From a virus: a DNA stretch of 5,298 nt. Positions within the stretch are counted from its first letter, which is position 1. Each line of letters begins with the position of its first letter. The DNA is taken from the IMG/VR virus record IMGVR_UViG_3300029581_000118, positions 1 to 5,298 of that record; one strand, 5' to 3'. The notes beneath the pieces were generated by a model, which saw only the letters and a program-made list of their open reading frames with translations, was not told the DNA's origin and did not search any database. Positions 1 to 4,783 of the stretch are shown piece after piece. Both the position numbers and the translations under genes were made by a program.

Positions 1-763
1 CTCTATGGTTCGTGTTTATTCTACCGCTGCTCAACCTTCTGGCACTATTGGTTTTTTGGCTTCTTCTTTTAGTCGTTCAGATCGTCTTCTTTCTTTTGGT
101 AATACTTCCGGTTCTTCTTCTGGCTCTTCTACTGATACTTTAGATTCTTTCACTTTTTCTTCCCCCTTTTATTCATACGCTTTTGCTATTCGTGAATCTT
201 CTTCTTCTTCTTCAAGTGGCTATGTTTTACAGGGTGGTTACTCTTCGTTTATTGTACCTCCTAATGCTTATTCTAGTGAGAGGTATATTCATCTTAAGTC
301 TACTCGTTATCTTTTGGGAACTCATTCTTTTGTCCCTTATCCGTCTGGATATACTATTCCGTCTTCTGATATCGGATTTGTCTTTGTGAAGCAACCTTCT
401 TCTTCCCCTGTTTATTCTGCTTCTGCCTTTGATACTACCGGTTCTTTCGCTTTTTCTCTCCTTGTTCCTGCTTCTCGTCTTCCTGACATTAAACTTGGTG
501 ACTGGCTCTCCGATTCTCCGGAGGATTTGCAAGATGCTATTACCAATCAATTTCACATTGATTCCGGTACCCTTAAAGATTCTCAGGATAACTTGAACTC
601 TTGGAATTCTGCTTCCTCTGTTGATTCTGACGTTGCCACGGGCGCTTCTGGTCTTCTTGGTGGTCTTTTCCAGAATTTAGGCACGTTTCTCTTTTCTGTT
701 TCTCTCCTTTGCTTCGGTGCTGTTGTTCTCCGAATGCTCATTAGAAAGGCGGTCGACGGATGA
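1..763 (+). CDS. pIII-like minor coat/adsorption protein, C-terminal part; 5' end cut by the window start, continuing from 4784..5298 across the circular junction
   Basis: Frame-2 ORF that runs unbroken from 4784 through the wrap point to the TGA at 761-763, about 392 aa in total. It has Ser/Gly-rich linker tracts (GNTSGSSSGSSTDT, ESSSSSSSGY) and a C-terminal hydrophobic anchor followed by basic residues (LLGGLFQNLGTFLFSVSLLCFGAVVLRMLIRK). This is the architecture of inovirus pIII. Codon usage is strongly T-ending. Confidence 0.6.
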   Translation, partial: SMVRVYSTAAQPSGTIGFLASSFSRSDRLLSFGNTSGSSSGSSTDTLDSFTFSSPFYSYAFAIRESSSSSSSGYVLQGGYSSFIVPPNAYSSERYIHLKSTRYLLGTHSFVPYPSGYTIPSSDIGFVFVKQPSSSPVYSASAFDTTGSFAFSLLVPASRLPDIKLGDWLSDSPEDLQDAITNQFHIDSGTLKDSQDNLNSWNSASSVDSDVATGASGLLGGLFQNLGTFLFSVSLLCFGAVVLRMLIRKAVDG

Positions 764-891
764 CTTTTCTTGATTTCTTCAAATCAGTTTTCGGCCTTTT
801 CGGTTCTGGCGGCGCTCTCGTCATCGCCGTTGTTGTTTTCCTTGTCGGCCTCGGTATTTATAAGTTCGTAAAGGATTGGTTGCCATGGTAG
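760..891 (+). CDS. small hydrophobic virion/membrane protein (43 aa; pVI- or Pf3-type coat-like)
   Basis: ATG at 760 overlaps the pIII stop (ATGA) and follows an AAAGG Shine-Dalgarno about 10 nt upstream. Product is MTFLDFFKSVFGLFGSGGALVIAVVVFLVGLGIYKFVKDWLPW: an acidic N-terminus, a Gly-rich transmembrane core and a basic C-terminus. It is absent from the ORF track only because it is shorter than 60 aa. Confidence 0.45.
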   Translation: MTFLDFFKSVFGLFGSGGALVIAVVVFLVGLGIYKFVKDWLPW

Positions 892-1052
892 ACTTTGTTT
901 CCGCTCTTGGCGTTTTTACCTCGTTTATTGCTAATGTGCTTTCTATTTCCTTTTTTGGCTTCGGTACTTTTGGCAACTTTATTCTGGTTTGTCTTCTGCT
1001 CTCGCTTGTTGGCTTTGTTCTCCGTGGCCTTTGGGATGGAGGTGATAAATAA
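885..1052 (+). CDS. small two-transmembrane-segment hydrophobic protein (55 aa), possibly pVI-like
   Basis: ATG at 885 overlaps the previous stop (ATGGTAG) and has AAGGA about 9 nt upstream. It ends TAATG, overlapping the next start. Product is MVDFVSALGVFTSFIANVLSISFFGFGTFGNFILVCLLLSLVGFVLRGLWDGGDK. Codon usage matches its neighbours, unlike the alternative track ORF 895..1086. Confidence 0.4.
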   Translation: MVDFVSALGVFTSFIANVLSISFFGFGTFGNFILVCLLLSLVGFVLRGLWDGGDK

Positions 1053-1663
1053 TGGAAGTTCCTGCTATTATCAAAACTTGGGTTGATTCTGACGGCGTCA
1101 CCGTCTACACAGTGCAGTATAAAGATGGCACCACTTGTGATATGACCGTCCAGCAGTATGATTATCTCAAGGCGTCTGCGCAGGCTGTCGCCGATATGGA
1201 TTCTAAAGCCTCCGCTGATTCTCAGCCTGCAGAAACTCCTGTTCCCGCTGAGCCTGCACAGAACATCACCGAAAGTCCAGACCTCCGCGACGGCTATGTA
1301 CCGGAGGAAGGCGAATTGCCTTTTGAGGGGAGTTTGACCGCTTATGATGACCGCGCCGCAGATACTCCGGCTTTGTATGCTAATCTCCCTAACGTCTCTA
1401 ATAGTTTCACTGCTATTATGGATTGGTTCGGCGATACGTTTTTCATCGAACGCACTGAGACGGTGCACAAATCCGGCTTTACGTCTGAAAGGTACTCCTA
1501 TAACAGTGCGACTCAACTTATTCAGTTGCCTTATGAGGAAGATTCCACTACTACGTCTCAGGTTCTCAACCCGCAAGCTTGCGTTTCTGCTTTGCTTGTT
1601 GTCCTTGTCTTCATTACTACTGTTACATGGATTAAGAACGCGATTTGGGGGCGCATGAGCTAA
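1052..1663 (+). CDS. hypothetical acidic protein (203 aa) with a single C-terminal transmembrane anchor and no signal peptide
   Basis: Long ORF that is translationally coupled at both ends (TAATG at 1050-1054 and at 1661-1665). It has a beta-rich N-terminal region (KTWVDSDGVTVYTVQYKDGTTCDMTV), a Pro/Ala/Glu linker (AETPVPAEPAQ), and a C-terminal hydrophobic helix (ACVSALLVVLVFITTVTWI) followed by KNAIWGRMS. I do not recognise the family. Confidence 0.6.
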   Translation: MEVPAIIKTWVDSDGVTVYTVQYKDGTTCDMTVQQYDYLKASAQAVADMDSKASADSQPAETPVPAEPAQNITESPDLRDGYVPEEGELPFEGSLTAYDDRAADTPALYANLPNVSNSFTAIMDWFGDTFFIERTETVHKSGFTSERYSYNSATQLIQLPYEEDSTTTSQVLNPQACVSALLVVLVFITTVTWIKNAIWGRMS

Positions 1664-1776
1664 TGGAAATTTTACCCTTGCAGTATTGTTTCGGCATCTT
1701 CTCTGTCCCCGAGATTGGCTATTTTATTGTCTTCGCCGCTGTTTTCTCTATGTTGGTTCTCCTGCTCCGTCCGTGA
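1663..1776 (+). CDS. small hydrophobic protein (37 aa), candidate pVII/pIX-like minor virion protein
   Basis: ATG overlaps the upstream stop (TAATG). Product is MEILPLQYCFGIFSVPEIGYFIVFAAVFSMLVLLLRP. Its size and hydrophobicity resemble inovirus pVII/pIX. The Shine-Dalgarno is weak. Confidence 0.3.
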   Translation: MEILPLQYCFGIFSVPEIGYFIVFAAVFSMLVLLLRP

Positions 1777-1801
1777 CAGGTGCCATAAATATTTTTATGA
1801 A
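1773..1801 (+). promoter_or_regulatory. possible sigma70-type promoter (GTGACA, 17-nt spacer, TATGAA) upstream of the coat-like gene
   Basis: A -35-like GTGACA at 1773-1778 and a -10-like TATGAA at 1796-1801 are separated by 17 nt in an AT-rich stretch. Ff phages have a strong promoter upstream of gene VIII. This is a weak call. Confidence 0.25.
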
Positions 1802-1877
1802 AGGATGATGACTTCAGGGCCCTACTGCTTCTATTCTTGCCACGCTGCTTTCCTTGGTCGGTGAGTTCTTCACGTCG

Positions 1878-2006
1878 ATGATCACTTGGATGGGTCAGCT
1901 CATTGATTTCTATGAGTCTCAGCCCATTCTCCTCGTCTTCGTGATTCTCACTATCGCGGGCATCGTTCTCCGTATCCTTCGCCGCTGGATTCCCGGTCGC
2001 TCCTAA
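1878..2006 (+). CDS. putative major coat protein (pVIII-like, 42 aa from ATG 1878); the start is uncertain
   Basis: Product is MITWMGQLIDFYESQPILLVFVILTIAGIVLRILRRWIPGRS: an acidic N-terminal segment, a hydrophobic core and four basic residues at the C-terminus, typical of a DNA-contacting coat protein. A strong hairpin terminator follows immediately, as after Ff gene VIII. The frame is open back to 1812 but has no canonical start there. Confidence 0.4.
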   Translation: MITWMGQLIDFYESQPILLVFVILTIAGIVLRILRRWIPGRS

Positions 2007-2015
2007 CGATTGAGA

Positions 2016-2062
2016 GAAAACGCCGCCGACCATTTTTAATGGTCGGCGACGTTTTCTCGTTT
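2016..2062 (+). terminator. strong hairpin (19-nt arms with one mismatch, TTT loop) followed by a T-rich tract; likely intrinsic terminator or mRNA-stabilising hairpin after the coat gene
   Basis: GAAAACGCCGCCGACCATT (2016-2034), TTT loop, then AATGGTCGGCGACGTTTTC (2038-2056): 18 of 19 positions pair. The hairpin is followed by TCGTTT. Confidence 0.5.
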
Positions 2063-2079
2063 AGAAAGGATTATATGTT

Positions 2080-2703
2080 ATGCTTTATGGTATTCTTGTC
2101 TTTTGCGTTTGCTGGCTTTTTGTTTATATCGATAACTATTGCAAAAACCCCTACAAACTTGAGGCTGTTGTTGGTTCAAAAGGTTCTGGCAAGTCTTTGT
2201 ATATGTCTCGTGTTGCTGATAAGTGGCTACGTTCTAATAAGGGGCTTATCTATAGCAATATGGGTATTGGTTATGAGTTAGAGCCGGAATACTGGAAACA
2301 AACCTTTATTCCTGATTCTCTTATCCTTATTGATGAGATAGGCGTGCTACACTCTAACCGTGATTTTAAAACTATGCCCCGTGAAGCTGTTGAGTTTTTC
2401 AAAATGCAACGTAAGTATCATTTGACGATTATTGTATCGTCTCAGACCATGGACTTTGATAAAAAGATACGTGATCTCTGTGACCGTATTTATCTTTGCA
2501 ATCGCATTGGCTGGTTTTGTCGCCTTACTCCGTATCGCTCTTGTATCGCTATGGAACATCGCCCCGAGGGAGGGCAAGAACTGGTTAACACGGTGCGCAA
2601 GGCGGGTCGGGCAAGATGGTATACCATCCCCAAGTCCGTTAAGCAGGTAAGTTCATTAGAATACGATACAGAGCAGGTTATCAGCAAAACCCCCTCGAAG
2701 TAA
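2080..2703 (+). CDS. Zot/pI-like P-loop assembly ATPase (207 aa)
   Basis: GAAAGGA Shine-Dalgarno 9 nt upstream of the ATG. Walker A is GSKGSGKS; a Walker-B-like LILIDEIG and a downstream block (KYHLTIIVSSQTMDFDKKIRDLCDRIYLCNRI) parallel the GSGKT, VLDECG and IIFLVQDLSIVDKQAR motifs of M13 pI and Zot. The N-terminus is hydrophobic (LYGILVFCVCWLFVYI). Confidence 0.8.
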   Translation: MLYGILVFCVCWLFVYIDNYCKNPYKLEAVVGSKGSGKSLYMSRVADKWLRSNKGLIYSNMGIGYELEPEYWKQTFIPDSLILIDEIGVLHSNRDFKTMPREAVEFFKMQRKYHLTIIVSSQTMDFDKKIRDLCDRIYLCNRIGWFCRLTPYRSCIAMEHRPEGGQELVNTVRKAGRARWYTIPKSVKQVSSLEYDTEQVISKTPSK

Positions 2704-2784
2704 AAAAACTTCCCCTGAAAAAAAGAAGTAGGCAGTCGCCACGTTTAGTCACGCGATAGCGTCTCCACCGCGTCCCCCGTCCCC

Positions 2785-2803
2785 GCAAGGGCAAAGCCCT
2801 TGC
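2785..2803. repeat. perfect 8-bp stem hairpin, GCAAGGGC-AAA-GCCCTTGC
   Basis: Direct base-pair check within the GC-rich part of the intergenic region. Confidence 0.6.
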
Positions 2804-2856
2804 CCTTCCTAAACAGGCTGGCAGGGGCTTCCGATTCGTAGTGACTGCCGTGACGT

Positions 2857-2895
2857 GGTGGGCGTGCGTGTAATACGCCCACCTTTTTTAAATTT
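2857..2895 (+). terminator. rho-independent terminator-like hairpin plus T tract
   Basis: GGTGGGCGT (2857-2865), a 9-nt loop GCGTGTAAT, then ACGCCCACC (2875-2883) form a 9-bp GC-rich stem. It is followed directly by TTTTTTAAATTT. Confidence 0.5.
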
Positions 2896-2924
2896 CCTCG
2901 GCAGTTCGTGCGCGTGCTGGCCGG

Positions 2925-2941
2925 TGCTCGCTTCGCGAGCA
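2925..2941. repeat. 7-bp hairpin TGCTCGC-TTC-GCGAGCA
   Basis: Inverted repeat that sits immediately upstream of the 12-bp hairpin. Confidence 0.4.
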
Positions 2942-2969
2942 TGAATCAAAAACTTCGTTTTTGATTCAA
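2942..2969. repeat. perfect 12-bp stem hairpin with a TTCG loop: TGAATCAAAAAC-TTCG-GTTTTTGATTCA
   Basis: Exact reverse-complement arms. The TGAATCAAAA motif recurs at 3024-3034 and, in inverted orientation, at 3061-3067. Confidence 0.65.
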
Positions 2970-3023
2970 GGCCATAGGGGCGCCAATTAAGGAAAGTAGG
3001 AAATGGGGATTAATTTTTTTGTC

Positions 3024-3067
3024 TTGAATCAAAATTTTTTTGTCCGCGAAAAAAATTTTAGATTCAA
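3024..3067. repeat. 18-bp A/T-rich palindrome (one bulged A) around a GTCCGCG loop; candidate origin / DNA-unwinding element
   Basis: TTGAATCAAAATTTTTTT (3024-3041) pairs with AAAAAAATTTT-A-GATTCAA (3049-3067). It is almost pure A/T and is flanked by the TGAATCAAAA repeats. Confidence 0.55.
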
Positions 3068-3143
3068 AAAAAAAATTGATCCACATTTGCTACTTTCGGC
3101 GCCCCGTCCATCGTTATTGCGTCTCCCCTTGATAAATTTCCTC

Positions 3144-3172
3144 TTGACAGCTCCTTCATATTGTGTTAATAT
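3144..3172 (+). promoter_or_regulatory. near-consensus sigma70 promoter for the rep gene
   Basis: -35 TTGACA at 3144-3149, a 17-nt spacer, and -10 TAATAT at 3167-3172 preceded by TGt (extended -10). There is an A/T-rich UP-like tract upstream. The predicted transcription start is about 25 nt before the rep Shine-Dalgarno/ATG. Confidence 0.6.
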
Positions 3173-3204
3173 TCAACCATGGAAATGAAAGGTGGTTTTC
3201 TCAC

Positions 3205-4341
3205 ATGAAAACGGTTGTTAAACTTGACTATGCCACGTTTGCTTTTGAACAAGGTTCGATTTCTATTCCTAAAATCGAAGACGCGCTTGCTCAGTGCGAC
3301 TTACATTTTGCTCAGACTTCCAACGCAAGTGAGAATTCCCCCTACAATTCCCCTGCGGGCCTTTTCTTTAAGCCGAACAACGGCGCGAAACAGTCTCCGC
3401 ACTCCTTGCAAGTGTCCGGTCATGGTTGTGAGCTTTTCCGTCCCACATTGCCGCGGCTTGCGTCACTGATGCAGGATGGTCACGAATTCGGTCATTTTTC
3501 TCGTCTCGATTTTTGCTTTGATGTTGTCATGACAAAGCAGCGGTGGCGCGAGTTTTATTTGGGTGTTATTTCTGCTTCTGTGGATGAAATGAATTGCCCT
3601 GAAAAAGCCCGTAAGGTTCGCAAGTTCATGTATCAGGGTTACGGCGATTCTACTACCGTTTATATCGGGCGCAGAACGTCTTCTGCAGTTTTTTGCCGTA
3701 TCTATAATAAATCACTGCAAGACCCTGATAAAAAGCTCTGTACGGCTTCTGGTGAGCTTCTGGATTGCCCCGATGATTCCTATATCATTCGTTACGAGAT
3801 GGAGTTGAAATTTACTTCTCGTGTACGTTCTGGTTCTCGTTCCGTCTATGACCCGTCTCCGCTTTTCTGGTTCTACTATGAAGACCCTGAGAAGCTCTTC
3901 GCTTATCTTCGTAAAGTCTGGAATCGTTACGGGAATGAAACTCTTCTCCCTGATGGCTGGGAAGATATGTATTTTGTGACTGATATTGAAGCTCGCAACA
4001 TTCAGTTTATTAAGGACTTATTGCATCCCCTTAGTAATGACCTTGCTCAAAAGTTCTCCGTTTCTATCCATACCGAAGAACAAAAAATGTCTTATGTTGC
4101 TAATGTCTTTGGGCATCGTATCATTGATATCCTGCTTTATCGTCCTGAGCTTCTTTTTCTCGCTTGTTGTAAGTGGGAGCAGTATTATAATGAGCGTCTT
4201 CCGTTTTCCTCTCTGTCGCTTACACAGGAAGTTGCACAATTCTCTGAGTCTTCGCGCATTGCTGTTGAGGAGTTCCGCGAAGTTGCTGAAGACCCCTCTC
4301 CCTTTAGTGAAGATGGGTTTGATGATATATCTTTATTCTGA
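3205..4341 (+). CDS. rolling-circle replication initiation protein (Rep_trans / gene II-like), about 378 aa
   Basis: GAAAGGTGG Shine-Dalgarno 9 nt upstream of ATG 3205; the track ORF from GTG 3163 would begin inside the promoter -10. The N-terminal KLDYATFAF resembles the conserved N-terminal motif of Rep_trans initiators. TTVYIGRRTS matches the catalytic-Tyr motif (TxYxGxRxS) of that family. The gene sits directly downstream of the hairpin-rich intergenic region. Confidence 0.75.
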   Translation: MKTVVKLDYATFAFEQGSISIPKIEDALAQCDLHFAQTSNASENSPYNSPAGLFFKPNNGAKQSPHSLQVSGHGCELFRPTLPRLASLMQDGHEFGHFSRLDFCFDVVMTKQRWREFYLGVISASVDEMNCPEKARKVRKFMYQGYGDSTTVYIGRRTSSAVFCRIYNKSLQDPDKKLCTASGELLDCPDDSYIIRYEMELKFTSRVRSGSRSVYDPSPLFWFYYEDPEKLFAYLRKVWNRYGNETLLPDGWEDMYFVTDIEARNIQFIKDLLHPLSNDLAQKFSVSIHTEEQKMSYVANVFGHRIIDILLYRPELLFLACCKWEQYYNERLPFSSLSLTQEVAQFSESSRIAVEEFREVAEDPSPFSEDGFDDISLF

Positions 4342-4359
4342 TGAAAGGATGGTCGCTCT

Positions 4360-4602
4360 ATGAAAGTTACTGTAGTTGGTAAGTCCCGCCGCGCTGGTAC
4401 ATCTAAGCAGGGCAAAGACTATGATTTTACTACTCTCATGGCCGAATATTCGATGCGTGCAAACGATGACAATGACGGCGTACAGGTTGATAGAATCAAT
4501 GTCGATTCTCGCATGATGCCGTATGCGCTCATTGTCGTTGGCGCTACGTATGACCTCGACTTTGACCGCAACGGATATCTCCTTGGAATTGAGGAAGTTT
4601 AA
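4360..4602 (+). CDS. gene V-like ssDNA-binding protein (80 aa)
   Basis: AAAGGA Shine-Dalgarno 10 nt upstream. The N-terminus MKVTVVGKSRRAGTSKQGKDYDF parallels M13 gV MIKVEIKPSQAQFTTRSGVSRQGKPYSL, sharing the S-(R/K)-QGK-x-Y motif. Its size and its position right after rep also fit. Confidence 0.7.
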   Translation: MKVTVVGKSRRAGTSKQGKDYDFTTLMAEYSMRANDDNDGVQVDRINVDSRMMPYALIVVGATYDLDFDRNGYLLGIEEV

Positions 4603-4638
4603 CTTCCTTTGTTCAAACCCGAATTTCATTTCCTATGG

Positions 4639-4658
4639 GAGAGCGGTTCGCCGCTCTC
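4639..4658 (+). other. perfect 8-bp hairpin with a TTCG loop: GAGAGCGG-TTCG-CCGCTCTC
   Basis: Exact inverted repeat between the gene V stop and the tRNA, with a UUCG tetraloop if transcribed. It could be a processing or stability element, or weak terminator. Confidence 0.5.
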
Positions 4659-4662
4659 ACAT

Positions 4663-4736
4663 GGCGGGGTGGTGCAATGGTAGCACGTCGCGCTCTGAAC
4701 GCGAAGCTGTAGGTTCAAATCCTAACCCCGCAACCA
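4663..4736 (+). tRNA. tRNA with anticodon CUG (Gln-like), 74 nt including an encoded CCA; G1-A72 and G49-A65 are mismatched
   Basis: Manual cloverleaf: acceptor GGCGGGG paired with CCCCGCA (6 of 7 positions); U8; D-stem GTGC/GCAC with loop AATGGTA (G18G19 present); anticodon stem TCGCG/CGCGA with loop CTCTGAA (U33, anticodon CTG, A37); 4-nt variable loop; T-arm GTAGG-TTCAAAT-CCTAA with the consensus GGTTCAAATCC; discriminator A followed by CCA. Confidence 0.6.
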
Positions 4737-4783
4737 AAACGGATTGACCTCCGTTATTCGATGCCGCGAAAGGTGGTGGCGAA

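Noticed and set aside
183-389. Hydrophobic off-frame plus-strand ORFs (183..389, 895..1086, 1344..1658, 2039..2281, 3986..4363, 4872..5078)
   Set aside because: In this T-rich sequence, alternative frames have T at codon position 2, which produces Leu/Phe/Ile/Val-rich pseudo-membrane proteins. All of these lie inside better-supported genes in another frame and lack properly spaced Shine-Dalgarno sequences. ORF 2039..2281 also begins inside the terminator hairpin.
227-556. 109-aa minus-strand ORF (Arg-rich) inside the pIII-like gene
   Set aside because: Same antisense compositional artefact (R/K/S-rich), with no Shine-Dalgarno.
821-1576. 251-aa ORF on the minus strand
   Set aside because: The product is extremely Arg/Lys/Ser-rich and low in complexity. 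This is the expected antisense artefact of T-rich (NNT, TCT, CTT) coding on the plus strand. It would overlap three or four well-supported plus-strand genes, and filamentous phages encode their genes on one strand.
1052-1663. The idea that the 203-aa ORF is recent horizontal cargo because its codon usage looks more GC-ending than the pIII-like gene
   Set aside because: rep and gene V show the same mixed codon usage. The extreme T-bias is specific to the Ser/Gly-rich pIII-like gene, so composition does not single out this ORF.
1719-2033. 104-aa minus-strand ORF overlapping the coat-like gene and terminator
   Set aside because: Basic and low-complexity. It overlaps the plus-strand coat-like ORF and the strong plus-strand hairpin, and has no ribosome-binding site.
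2432-2650. Out-of-frame ORF with a transmembrane-like segment inside the pI/Zot-like gene; considered as a frameshift-fused C-terminal membrane domain or a pXI analogue
   Set aside because: The hydrophobic stretch is encoded by the same nucleotides as the conserved ATPase block (IYLCNRIG), not downstream of it. This is the generic off-frame hydrophobicity artefact, and there is no slippery site or other supporting signal.
3163-3204. GTG 3163 as the rep start (as in the ORF track)
   Set aside because: It would start inside the predicted -10 hexamer. ATG 3205 has a consensus GAAAGGTGG Shine-Dalgarno at 9-nt spacing and begins the Rep_trans-like conserved N-terminus.
3003-3469. Small ORFs 3003..3188 and 3215..3469 in and after the intergenic region
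   Set aside because: The first lies entirely in the hairpin/promoter region and has homopolymer-derived low complexity. The second is an off-frame overlap of rep. Neither has a ribosome-binding site.
4744-4772. TTGACC as a -35 element for a pIII promoter
   Set aside because: There is no acceptable -10 hexamer at 16-18 nt spacing. TTGACC lies in the loop of the AACGGA/TCCGTT hairpin, so a promoter is not supportable from the sequence alone.
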